A program made the translations under genes and the position numbers. 64,000 nt of DNA from Acidimicrobiia bacterium. Its GTDB lineage: Bacteria; Actinomycetota; Acidimicrobiia; Spongiisociales; UBA5794. Location of the stretch: contig JABDJC010000048.1 of assembly GCA_013003395.1 (NCBI GenBank), positions 2,615 through 66,614 on the forward strand, in the 5' to 3' direction. This document shows, in pieces, positions 19,047-28,024 of the stretch (positions are counted from its first letter, which is position 1; every line of letters begins with the position of its first letter). The notes under the pieces were generated by a model. The model saw nothing but the letters and a program-made list of their open reading frames with translations, was not told where the DNA came from and ran no database searches.

Positions 19047-20467
19047 CGGAGCGAGAACCCGCCTAGCTTGGTCTCGAGGTACTCGGCGATCCCCTCACGA
19101 CCACCTTCGCGTCCCAGGCCGCTGTCTCCCATCCCCCCGAACGGCGCGGCGGCCGCCGTCGGATTGATGTCATTGATACCGACGATGCCGAATCGCAGTC
19201 CTTCGAACAGCCTCATCGCTTTCGAGAGATCGTTGGTGTAGACGTAGGCGGCCAATCCGTATTCGGTGTCGTTTGCGAGGTCGAGCACCGTGTCCTCGTC
19301 ATCGAACGGAATCACAGGGGCTACCGGTCCGAATGTCTCTTCCCGATAGATGTCCATCCCGGGTTCGACGCCGTCAAGCACGGTCGGCGCATAGAAGTGG
19401 CCCGCCTCGAGTCCATCGGCGGTCAGCCGGTGACCTCCAACGACGGTGGTTGCACCCTTGTCGACGGCATCCGTGACCTGCCGTTCCACTTTTTCGACGG
19501 CGGCATCGTCGACGAGTGGTCCCACACTGATACCGTCAGCAAGGCCATTGCCGGCTCTCATCTTCGAGACGCGATCGGCCAACACTGCCGTGAACTGCTC
19601 CGCGATCGAGCGGTGCACGTACATGCGATTCGGACTGATACACGCCTGTCCCGTGTTGAGAAACTTGACGAGCGAAGCGCCTTTCGCCGCGTGCACCGGA
19701 TCGGCATCAGCCATTACGAGGAACGGGGCGTGTCCACCAAGTTCCATCGAGACCCGCTTCAACGATTTCCCTGCCGCTTCACCGAGGATTCTCCCGACTT
19801 CGGTCGATCCCGTGAACGTCACCTTGCGGATACGGCGATCGCTGGTGAATGCCTCGCCGACAGGCACCGGATTCGAGGTGGTGACGAGGTTGGCAACGCC
19901 AGGCGGCAGCCCAACCTCGTCGAGGATCTTGAAGACCTCCATGGCACAAAGGGGTGTCTGTTCCGCAGGCTTCAGAACCACCGTGCATCCGGCCGCAAGC
20001 GCCGGCGCCAGCTTTCGCGTGACCATCGACGTTGGATAGTTCCAGGGCGTAATGGCGCCGACGACGCCTATCGGTTGATGGGCGACGATGAACCGCTGGT
20101 CGGAGCGAGGTGCAGGAATCGTAGATCCGTACAGACGACGCGCCTCTTCTGAGTACCACAGGAGAAAGTCAGCGGCGTATTGCACCTCGTTCCTCGCCGC
20201 CTTGAGTGGCTTGCCCTGCTCCTCCGTCATTTGCTTGGCCAGCGGTTCTTTCCGCTCCATCATCAGGGCGTATGCATCACGCAACATCGCGGCTCGGCGA
20301 TACGCCGTAGTGGCGGACCACTCGGGAAACGTCCGGTGTGCGCTCTCGATGGCATCTTCGAGATCTCGAGCATTGGCATCCGCGACGTCTGCGAGCTTTT
20401 CGCCGGTAGCGGGATTGAAAACGGGGAACGTGGCCTCATTGGCTCGCCATTGTCCGTCGATGTACAC
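19043..20467 (-). CDS. NAD(P)-dependent aldehyde dehydrogenase (succinate-semialdehyde dehydrogenase-like)
   Basis: ALDH motifs ITPWNYP, FTGSTEVG, ELGGHAP and NTGQAC (catalytic Cys). There is a 4-nt overlap with the downstream SDR gene. Confidence 0.85.
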   Translation of the reverse strand: MYIDGQWRANEATFPVFNPATGEKLADVADANARDLEDAIESAHRTFPEWSATTAYRRAAMLRDAYALMMERKEPLAKQMTEEQGKPLKAARNEVQYAADFLLWYSEEARRLYGSTIPAPRSDQRFIVAHQPIGVVGAITPWNYPTSMVTRKLAPALAAGCTVVLKPAEQTPLCAMEVFKILDEVGLPPGVANLVTTSNPVPVGEAFTSDRRIRKVTFTGSTEVGRILGEAAGKSLKRVSMELGGHAPFLVMADADPVHAAKGASLVKFLNTGQACISPNRMYVHRSIAEQFTAVLADRVSKMRAGNGLADGISVGPLVDDAAVEKVERQVTDAVDKGATTVVGGHRLTADGLEAGHFYAPTVLDGVEPGMDIYREETFGPVAPVIPFDDEDTVLDLANDTEYGLAAYVYTNDLSKAMRLFEGLRFGIVGINDINPTAAAAPFGGMGDSGLGREGGREGIAEYLETKLGGFSLR

Positions 20468-20537
20468 GATGACCTCCGTCGCTGCTCCGCGGACAATACC
20501 GCGACGCGGCCGCGTTCATCGCCGTAGAGTGCGCGCC

Positions 20538-20894
20538 ATGGAGATCGGCTCGATCGGAACGGCAGACATGATGGTCACGGCCAGCGACACGGCGATAGCC
20601 ATGCGCTCCGGTGACGTCGAGGTGGTCGGGACGCCGCGGCTCGTAGCACTGGCGGAGGAGGCAACACTTGCCGCCGTCGCGGTGGCGGCAGGCCAGACAA
20701 GCGTCGGCACCCGAATAGAACTCGACCATCTCCTGCCGAGTCGAATCGGTCAACGCCTCACCGCAACGGCGCGACTCGACGAGCAACTCGACAGAGATCT
20801 CCACTTTTCGATCGAGATTCTCGACGGGAACGACCTCGTAGCCCGCGGCCTGGTGACCAGGGTCGTCGTAGACCGCAATCGGTTTGCTCGATGA
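20538..20894 (+). CDS. hotdog-fold thioesterase-like protein
   Basis: An approximately 118-aa protein whose layout is typical of the PaaI/YbgC-like thioesterase superfamily (GTPRLVALAEEATLAAV...GQTSVGTRIELDHLLPSRIGQRLTATARL). The start is taken at ATG 20538, because the longer track ORF is antisense to the aldehyde dehydrogenase. Confidence 0.6.
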   Translation: MEIGSIGTADMMVTASDTAIAMRSGDVEVVGTPRLVALAEEATLAAVAVAAGQTSVGTRIELDHLLPSRIGQRLTATARLDEQLDRDLHFSIEILDGNDLVARGLVTRVVVDRNRFAR

Positions 20895-20900
20895 CCGAGA

Positions 20901-21692
20901 TCAGGAGACGAACTCCGCCATCAGCTTGATGGTCTCGTCTGGCAGCTCGTTCATCATCGAGTGGCCGGCATCGGGCATCGAGACATGCTGAGCGCCCGGT
21001 ATCAACTCAGCAAGCTCCCGCCCGACCTTCTCTCGAGTCATGCGGTCGAATCGTCCCGTGATCACGAGACTCGGAGCAGACAAGGAAGCGGCCGATTGGC
21101 GGCCCGTATCCCACGCGGCACACGCTTCCAGGTCGTTGCGCAGCACGCCCGGCCTACTTCGTCCGAACGTGACGAGGGTGTTCTTCAGCACCCATGTGCC
21201 TGGTGAACGCTGCCCGCCCTTGTGTCCAAGGTCGCCGTGGCTCCAGTCGGTCATCATCCGATACGCCTCACTCGGATCCTCGCTCGCCAACTCCAACAGC
21301 TTGGGGTGGACCGGAATCTCGGGAGCGGTACCCATCAGAATCAACCGATCGACCCGTGACGGATGATTCGCAGCAGTTTCGAGGGCAACCGATCCACCCA
21401 TCGAGTGTCCCACCAAGGTTGCCGACGCGACTTCGACTGCGTCGAGGACCTGCACGATCCACGAGGCAATCTCCTTCATCGAGGTCAGAGGGCCACCTTC
21501 GGATCTTCCATGACCAGGGAGATCGAGCGCCAACACAGCGAAGCCGCGATGAGCGAAAAAGCGAGCGTGCGTTCCCCACACTGTTCTGTCCATGCCTGCC
21601 CCGTGGATGAACACCATGACTGGCTTGGTCGAGTCAAAGGACACTCCGCCAGTCGCAGCGAACACCTTCCGGCCGTCGACAACGAAGTCCAT
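20901..21692 (-). CDS. alpha/beta-fold hydrolase
   Basis: Nucleophile elbow GHSMGG. Motifs HGAGMD and PDAGH. The start ATG at 21692 overlaps the metY stop (TGATG). The track ORF's N-terminal extension is Arg-rich and non-protein-like. Confidence 0.7.
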   Translation of the reverse strand: MDFVVDGRKVFAATGGVSFDSTKPVMVFIHGAGMDRTVWGTHARFFAHRGFAVLALDLPGHGRSEGGPLTSMKEIASWIVQVLDAVEVASATLVGHSMGGSVALETAANHPSRVDRLILMGTAPEIPVHPKLLELASEDPSEAYRMMTDWSHGDLGHKGGQRSPGTWVLKNTLVTFGRSRPGVLRNDLEACAAWDTGRQSAASLSAPSLVITGRFDRMTREKVGRELAELIPGAQHVSMPDAGHSMMNELPDETIKLMAEFVS

Positions 21693-22978
21693 CAGCGCTG
21701 CGACGCTTTCAGTGCCCGATCCAGGTCGGAGACGATGTCGGCTGCGTCTTCGAGCCCGACCGAAATCCGGATGAAGTCTTCGCCCACGCCGGCAGCGTCC
21801 AGCTGCTCGGCCGACATCTGCTGGTGCGTCGTAGATGCAGGGTGGATCACCAAGGTCTTGGCGTCCCCCACGTTGGCGAGATGCGACGCAAGGGTGCACG
21901 CCTCGATGAACTTCCTTCCGGCGTTCCTGTCGCCCTTCACCCCGAATCCCACGATTGCACCGGCGCCTTTCGGGAGCAGCTTGTTTGCCAGCGAATGATC
22001 CGGATGCGAAGGAAGCGTTGGATGAGCGACCCACGCCACAGCATCGTGTTCATCGAGCATCTGCACCACCGCCGCAGTGTTTTCGACGTGCCGAGCCATC
22101 CGCAACGGGAGTGTCTCCACGCCCTGCAAGATGTAGAAGGCGTTCGCCGGGCTGATCACCGCGCCAAAGTCTCTCAGTCCTTCTGTGCGAACTCGCATGA
22201 GGAACGCCATCTGACCGAATTCTTCGAAGAAGTTGATGCCGTGATACCCGGCGTACGGTTCAGTGAGCGTCGGGAACTTGCCGGAGCCTTCCCAGTCGAA
22301 TGTTCCCGAGTCGACGATGACGCCACCGATGGCGAGCCCGTGACCGCCGAGCCATTTCGTCGCCGAGTGAATCACGATGTCGCAGCCGTGCTCGAACGGC
22401 CGCAACAGGTAAGGAGTGGCGAAAGTGGAGTCCATCACGAGCGGAAGACCGGCATCGTGAGCGAGGCCCGCCACCTTCTCGATGTCGAGGACCTCGAGAC
22501 CGGGATTGCCAATCGACTCGGCGTACACCATCCGAGTCTCGGGCCGGATGGCGGCGCGCATTGCGTCATGGTCACGCGGATTGACGAAGGTAGTGGTGAT
22601 GCCGAATCGCGGCAGCGTGTGGGTGAAGAGATTGATGCTGCCGCCGTACAGCGAAGTCGAGGCAACGATGTGGCTGCCGCCGTCCATGAGCGATGTCACT
22701 ACAAGGTGGAGCGCAGCCATCCCCGAAGCGGTCGCGACCGCACCGACGCCACCCTCGAGCGCCGCTATGCGCTCCTCGAGGACTGCGGTCGTCGGGTTCG
22801 ATATGCGGGTATAGATGTGGCCAGGGCGCTCGAGGTTGAACAACGCCGCAGCATGATCGGTGTCCTCGAACATGAAGGAGGTGCTCTGGTAGATCGGCAC
22901 CGCCCGAGCGCCAGTCGTCGGGTCGGGTTGCTGACCTGCGTGCAGCGCCAAAGTGTCGAATTCGAAATGATCGCCCAT
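21692..22978 (-). CDS. metY: O-acetylhomoserine aminocarboxypropyltransferase (O-acetylhomoserine sulfhydrylase), PLP-dependent
   Basis: LHAGQQPDPTTGARAVPIYQSTSFMF...SATKWLGGHG (PLP-Lys region), the Cys/Met-metabolism PLP family signature. Confidence 0.85.
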   Translation of the reverse strand: MGDHFEFDTLALHAGQQPDPTTGARAVPIYQSTSFMFEDTDHAAALFNLERPGHIYTRISNPTTAVLEERIAALEGGVGAVATASGMAALHLVVTSLMDGGSHIVASTSLYGGSINLFTHTLPRFGITTTFVNPRDHDAMRAAIRPETRMVYAESIGNPGLEVLDIEKVAGLAHDAGLPLVMDSTFATPYLLRPFEHGCDIVIHSATKWLGGHGLAIGGVIVDSGTFDWEGSGKFPTLTEPYAGYHGINFFEEFGQMAFLMRVRTEGLRDFGAVISPANAFYILQGVETLPLRMARHVENTAAVVQMLDEHDAVAWVAHPTLPSHPDHSLANKLLPKGAGAIVGFGVKGDRNAGRKFIEACTLASHLANVGDAKTLVIHPASTTHQQMSAEQLDAAGVGEDFIRISVGLEDAADIVSDLDRALKASQR

Positions 22979-23087
22979 GGGAACCTCCGCGGCCGAGGTT
23001 AGCCCTCGCTACATTCGACATTCATTCCGTTCGAGCCGGGCAGGGGCCAGATCCTCTATCATCTGGCGCCGCTCACCCAAGGACTCA
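22979..23087 (-). ncRNA. candidate SAM-responsive leader (SAM-IV/SAM-I-core-like) in the metY 5' UTR; this region also holds the divergent serA promoter
   Basis: The leader read on the minus strand contains CUGGCCC...GGCUAACCUCGGCCGCGGAGG immediately 5' of the RBS GGAGG and the AUG. This resembles the conserved CUGGCC/GGCAACC core of SAM-I/IV. It is weak and unverified. Confidence 0.25.
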
Positions 23088-24296
23088 ATGAAGATCTTGT
23101 TCGCGGACAAATTTCCGGGATCCGGCTTGTCGACCATTCGCGAGATGGGCTACGAGTGCGACTATCAACCCGAGCTGACTGCCGAGTCGCTTCCTGACGC
23201 AATCGCGGGAAATCAGATCCTCGTAGTCCGCAGCACGCAGGTCACGCTCGAGACGATCGAGGCGTCTGACGTGTTGGCGATGGTCATCCGAGCCGGCGCA
23301 GGAACGAACACGATCGACAAGGGCGCAGCAGCACAACGTGGCATCTACGTGAGCAACGTTCCGGGCAAGAACGCTCTCGCGGTCGCGGAACTTGCGATTG
23401 GTCTCATCCTGGCCATCGATCGGAACATCCCGGACAACGTTGCGGACCTTCGCGCCGAGGTATGGAACAAGTCCAAGTGGTCGAAGACTGAAGGCATCCA
23501 TGGTCGTACGCTCGGCATCATCGGACTCGGCGACATCGGAATTGCCGTAGCTGAGCGAGCGGCCGCATTCGGCATGGAACTCGTGTCGATCCAGAGAAGT
23601 GGTCGCGACAAGCTGACGATGCGACGCATCGAAGATCTCGACGTTCAACTCGTGCCCGACGTGCATCAACTAGCAGAAATGTCAGACGTCGTGACGCTCC
23701 ATGTGCCGTACAACGAAGAGACCCACCATCTGATCGACGCGACCTTCCTCGCCCACATGAAGCCTGGTGCAGTGCTCATCAACACTTCCAGGGGCGAAGT
23801 CGTCGACGAACCCGCCCTGCTCGCCGCGATGGATGACAAAGGCATCCGGGCAGGACTCGACGTGTTCTGGAACGAACCGAAAGACGGCAGCGGCACGTTC
23901 ACCTCTGCGCTCGCCCAGCACCCGAACACGTATGGGACCCATCACATCGGCGCCTCAACCGAACAAGCTCAACGTGCAATCGCCGACGGCGTCATCGATA
24001 TCTTGACGGCATTTGCACGGGGTAGGGCACTCAACGCCGTGAACCTCGCCAACGACAGCCTCAGTGCTGCCACAGTCACCATTCGCCACTACGACAAAGT
24101 GGGGGTTCTGGCGGAAGTCCTTGGTGTTCTGCGGAGAGCAGATCTGAACGTCGAACAGATGGACAACACCATTTTTGATGGAGCGCGTGCGGCTGTGGCA
24201 ACGATTCACATCGCCGGAGACGTCCCAACTGATCTGGGAGATCGCCTCAACGATCTGGACAACGTCATCTATGCCGCAGTGCGGAGGTCGCAATGA
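23088..24296 (+). CDS. serA: D-3-phosphoglycerate dehydrogenase (short form with C-terminal ACT domain)
   Basis: 2-hydroxyacid dehydrogenase NAD motif GIIGLGDIGIAVA. Catalytic region HHIGASTEQA. C-terminal ACT-like domain. The start is ATG 23088, and the gene is coupled to serC by an ATGA overlap. Confidence 0.8.
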   Translation: MKILFADKFPGSGLSTIREMGYECDYQPELTAESLPDAIAGNQILVVRSTQVTLETIEASDVLAMVIRAGAGTNTIDKGAAAQRGIYVSNVPGKNALAVAELAIGLILAIDRNIPDNVADLRAEVWNKSKWSKTEGIHGRTLGIIGLGDIGIAVAERAAAFGMELVSIQRSGRDKLTMRRIEDLDVQLVPDVHQLAEMSDVVTLHVPYNEETHHLIDATFLAHMKPGAVLINTSRGEVVDEPALLAAMDDKGIRAGLDVFWNEPKDGSGTFTSALAQHPNTYGTHHIGASTEQAQRAIADGVIDILTAFARGRALNAVNLANDSLSAATVTIRHYDKVGVLAEVLGVLRRADLNVEQMDNTIFDGARAAVATIHIAGDVPTDLGDRLNDLDNVIYAAVRRSQ

Positions 24297-25375
24297 ATCG
24301 TGCCATCAACTTCAGCGCGGGTCCCTGCACCCTCCCGTTGGAGGTGCTCGAGGAGGCGCAAGCCGAGTTCGTGGATTATCACGGTGCGGGAATGTCACTT
24401 GTCGAGATGAGCCACAGAAGTGACGAATACGACCAGGTCCATCAGGAAGCCCTGGCGCTCTCGTCAGAGGTTGCCGGTGCGCCGGATGACTTCGCTCCCC
24501 TGTTCATCCAAGGTGGCGCAAGCCTCCAGTTTGCGATGGTCCCAATGAACCTTCTCGCTCCCGGGGAGACCGCAGGCTATGTGGATTCTGGCGCTTGGGG
24601 CACGAAGGCGATCGAAGACGGCAGCCATCATGGCGACCTCTACACCGCCTGGTCAGGCGCAGCCGAGGCATATCGACGCATGCCTAGTCCAGTCGAGATT
24701 GACGCCCGCCCGGCCAGCCGGTATCTGCACGTCACCACCAACGAAACCATCGGTGGAATTCGTATGGTCGAATGGCCAGAGACCGATGTTCGTTTGGTCG
24801 GTGACGTGTCGTCGGAGTTCATGAGCCGTCCAATTCCGTGGGACCGTTTCGACGTCGTCTACGGAGGGGCTCAGAAAAACCTCGGTCCGGCCGGAGTGAC
24901 GGTGGTGTTCGTTCGGCGATCGATTCTCGAGCGCACCAATCGCAATCTCGCTGCGTACCTGCGTTACGACGTTCACGCCGCAACCGACTCCCTCCACAAC
25001 ACTCCCCCGGTATTCGCCGTGTTCATGATGGGCAAGGTGCTCAAATGGATGAAAGCGAGCGGCGGCCTGGCCGAGATGGAACGCCGCGCCGAAGAACGCG
25101 CCGGCTTGCTGTACGAGACGATCGACTCGAGCGGCGGGTTCTACACATCTCCCGTCGAGCCGACGAGCCGCTCGATGATGAACGTCGTCTTTCGACTGCC
25201 TACCGAAGATCTCGAGGCATCGTTCATCGAGCGCGCAACGGCCGAAGGCATGATGAACCTCAAGGGCCATCGCTCCGTGGGTGGCGTCCGAGCCAGCCTC
25301 TACAACGCGATGCCGCTGGAAGGTGTTGCAGCACTCACCAATTTGATGAGCGAGTTCAAAGCCGCGCACGGCTGA
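24293..25375 (+). CDS. serC: phosphoserine aminotransferase
   Basis: MNRAINFSAGPCTLPLEVLEEA...GGAQKNLGPAGVTVV (PLP-Lys region), typical of SerC. Confidence 0.85.
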   Translation: MNRAINFSAGPCTLPLEVLEEAQAEFVDYHGAGMSLVEMSHRSDEYDQVHQEALALSSEVAGAPDDFAPLFIQGGASLQFAMVPMNLLAPGETAGYVDSGAWGTKAIEDGSHHGDLYTAWSGAAEAYRRMPSPVEIDARPASRYLHVTTNETIGGIRMVEWPETDVRLVGDVSSEFMSRPIPWDRFDVVYGGAQKNLGPAGVTVVFVRRSILERTNRNLAAYLRYDVHAATDSLHNTPPVFAVFMMGKVLKWMKASGGLAEMERRAEERAGLLYETIDSSGGFYTSPVEPTSRSMMNVVFRLPTEDLEASFIERATAEGMMNLKGHRSVGGVRASLYNAMPLEGVAALTNLMSEFKAAHG

Positions 25376-26583
25376 TGGCGCTGATACGCGCACTCGATGC
25401 CTACGTGCCGCGACCCGACGTCGCCGGTGACGTGGTGTCGCCTCCCATTTCGTCCATCGATGCCGCCACCACCGAAGGCGACGCCATCCACCCGCTGAGC
25501 TTTCGAAGGGTCATGCGTCCACCGGAGGACCCGCAGACCGGAGAAGTCGACGATGAAACGCTGGTCGACAGTGGGCTGTGGCTCCGCGATCTGATCGAGC
25601 ACGATGTCTTCGTGCACCACGCGCGGCCTGCGCTGTTCGTGTATCGATTGACCACTGATCTCGCGACCACGACCGGCCTGGTGGCCGATGTGTCGGTGCG
25701 TGCCCTGGAGGCCGACCGTGTCAGACGCCACGAGGACACGGTTGCCGACTCCGAACTCACCGTGACCCGCCACACACGCTTGATCGGCGCCTACGGCGAT
25801 CCCGTGGCTCTTGCCCATGCGTCAACCCCTGACATCAACCGAGCGATCGCACGCGTTATGGATGGAAGCCAGCCCGACTTGGATTTCGAGGATGGCGACA
25901 TCCGGCAACAGCTGTGGGCCGTCACCAACGAACCGACTGTCGACGAGCTCCTCGATGCGTACAACGCCCTAGAGAAGATCTACATCACCGATGGCCACCA
26001 TCGCTCGGCGGCGGCGGCTCGATACGCCGCGGTTCACCGAGCCGCCGGCACGCCTGGTGACGATCACGAATGGTTTTTGGGCGCCTTGTTTTCAGAGGAC
26101 CAAGTTCGAATTCTCGAGTTCAATCGATGCGTCGACGACACGCAAGGCATCGACCATGATGAGTTTGTCCGTCGGCTCGGAGCAACATTCAGGGTCGAGG
26201 AGGTCTCGAGTGCTGATGCGGCGCGTCCCGGCCAACGCGGAGATTTGGGTCTACGCCTCGCCGATCGGTGGTTCCACCTTCGGGTCCTTCCCGAGTTCGT
26301 TTCATCGGATCCGTACGACAGCCTCGATGCGGTAATCCTGCAAGATCACATACTGGCTCCGCTGCTCGGCATCGACGACCCGCGCCGTGACGAACGACTC
26401 CGATTCATCGGCGGTCGGGATGCCTTCGCTGCACTCGCAGAGTGCTCAATCGGCTTTGCGCTGTTCCCGACGTCGATTCAGCAGGTCATGGAGATCGCCG
26501 ATCGAGGCCTCACCATGCCGCCCAAATCGACGTGGTTCGAGCCGAAGCTCCGTGGCGGCATCGTCGTCCGCCTCCTCGACTGA
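25375..26583 (+). CDS. DUF1015-family protein (unknown function), translationally coupled to serC
   Basis: The ATG overlaps the serC stop (TGATG). The conserved ITDGHHRSAAA motif is characteristic of DUF1015. Confidence 0.65.
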   Translation: MALIRALDAYVPRPDVAGDVVSPPISSIDAATTEGDAIHPLSFRRVMRPPEDPQTGEVDDETLVDSGLWLRDLIEHDVFVHHARPALFVYRLTTDLATTTGLVADVSVRALEADRVRRHEDTVADSELTVTRHTRLIGAYGDPVALAHASTPDINRAIARVMDGSQPDLDFEDGDIRQQLWAVTNEPTVDELLDAYNALEKIYITDGHHRSAAAARYAAVHRAAGTPGDDHEWFLGALFSEDQVRILEFNRCVDDTQGIDHDEFVRRLGATFRVEEVSSADAARPGQRGDLGLRLADRWFHLRVLPEFVSSDPYDSLDAVILQDHILAPLLGIDDPRRDERLRFIGGRDAFAALAECSIGFALFPTSIQQVMEIADRGLTMPPKSTWFEPKLRGGIVVRLLD

Positions 26584-26651
26584 CCCACCCGTCTGGACCA
26601 CCCGTACGACGACGTACACTCGCCACCCAACGGACCGCAGGGGTAGAGGTC

Positions 26652-27242
26652 GTGATCACCGGAGTCATCCTCGCTGGAGGAAAGAGCACCCGTATGGGAA
26701 CCGACAAGGCACTTGTCGAACTCGACGGCACGCCTCTCGCTACCCACGTTGCGGGAACGCTGCGCAGCTTTCTCACGACCGTGGTGCTCGTCGGTCGTGA
26801 GTCCCCGATCGGCGACCTCGACGTTCTTCCAGACCGCAACTCGGGGATAGCGGGTCCGCTGCGTGGACTCGCAACGGCACTCGACTGTGTGAAGGCCTCG
26901 TCGGTGCTCCTCGTCGCTGTCGACCAGCCCTTCATGTCTGCCGACACGTTGCGACGCCTCGCAAGTCTGGCCTCGCCTGATCGAGCCGTCGTCCCGGTTG
27001 CAGACGGATACCGGCAGGTGACCACCGCGCTCTACCCCACGAGCTGGGCACGAGAAGCGGCGCAGGAAGCAGACCTGCAGGGTTCGATCCAGACGCTGCT
27101 CGACCGTATGCCTCACCGCACCGTCGGACCGAACGAATGGCAGTCCTGGGGTGAAGACGGTCGCTCTTGGTTCAGCGTCGACACTCCCCAAGCACTCGAT
27201 GACGGTATCAAGCTCTACGGCGCCGCCGCTCGCGATGAGTGA
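26652..27242 (+). CDS. mobA: molybdenum cofactor guanylyltransferase
   Basis: GTG start. VITGVILAGGKSTRMGTDKALVEL...LLVAVDQPF. NTP-transferase fold, MobA-like. Confidence 0.65.
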   Translation: MITGVILAGGKSTRMGTDKALVELDGTPLATHVAGTLRSFLTTVVLVGRESPIGDLDVLPDRNSGIAGPLRGLATALDCVKASSVLLVAVDQPFMSADTLRRLASLASPDRAVVPVADGYRQVTTALYPTSWAREAAQEADLQGSIQTLLDRMPHRTVGPNEWQSWGEDGRSWFSVDTPQALDDGIKLYGAAARDE

Positions 27243-28023
27243 CGCACGCCGCGTCTACCGCGTCCGCCACGGTGTCGGCGAGAGCGTCGACGACATTCTC
27301 GTCGCCGAGGAGCCGGTCGAGTTTCGGCTCGGTTCCACGCCGATAGCGGTGTTGATGCGGACTCCGGGAAACGACGCCGAACTGGGGCTCGGCTTCGCGC
27401 TCACCGAGGCGATCGTTCTACGACCATCGGAAGTAGCTGAGGTTCGGCCCGTTCCCGAGACAGCCGACGACGAGCGGTGGGAGATCGTGCTCTCCGAGGG
27501 CGTGCAGGTCGATCCGGAACAATTCCGACGCAACCTCTACACGACGTCGTCGTGCGGCGTGTGCGGCAAGGCCTCCATCGACGCGGTGCGCATCGCCGCT
27601 CCAAGCCCGCCCGACGGCCCGATGTTGCGGCCAGAAGTCCTACTTGGATTGCCAGACACGATGCGACTTCACCAGACGCAGTTCACCTCGACCGGCGGTA
27701 TCCACGCAGCCGGACTCTTCACGGCCGACGGCACCTTGCTCGAACTGCGAGAGGACATCGGCCGTCACAACGCCGTTGACAAAGTCATCGGCGCCCGTGC
27801 CAAAACGCATTGGCCGCTCGGACAAGTGATCCTGATGGTCTCTGGCCGTGTCTCGTTCGAGATGGTGCAAAAGGCGGCAGTTGCCGGCATCCCCGCCGTG
27901 TGTGGGGTTTCTGCAGCGTCGACGCTGGCTGCCGACCTCGGGGAAGAACTCGGCATCACGGTCATCGGTTTCCTGCGCGATGACGGATTCAACCTGTACG
28001 CCGGCAGCCACCGACTCTCCTGA
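27235..28023 (+). CDS. fdhD: formate dehydrogenase accessory sulfurtransferase
   Basis: CGVCGKASIDAV and IGRHNAVDKVIG motifs. The gene overlaps the mobA 3' end by 8 nt. Confidence 0.8.
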   Translation: MSDARRVYRVRHGVGESVDDILVAEEPVEFRLGSTPIAVLMRTPGNDAELGLGFALTEAIVLRPSEVAEVRPVPETADDERWEIVLSEGVQVDPEQFRRNLYTTSSCGVCGKASIDAVRIAAPSPPDGPMLRPEVLLGLPDTMRLHQTQFTSTGGIHAAGLFTADGTLLELREDIGRHNAVDKVIGARAKTHWPLGQVILMVSGRVSFEMVQKAAVAGIPAVCGVSAASTLAADLGEELGITVIGFLRDDGFNLYAGSHRLS

Positions 28024-28024
28024 A

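Noticed and set aside
20088-20537. N-terminal 150 aa of the 268-aa thioesterase ORF
   Set aside because: This region is antisense to the aldehyde dehydrogenase gene. The hotdog domain begins at the internal ATG 20538.
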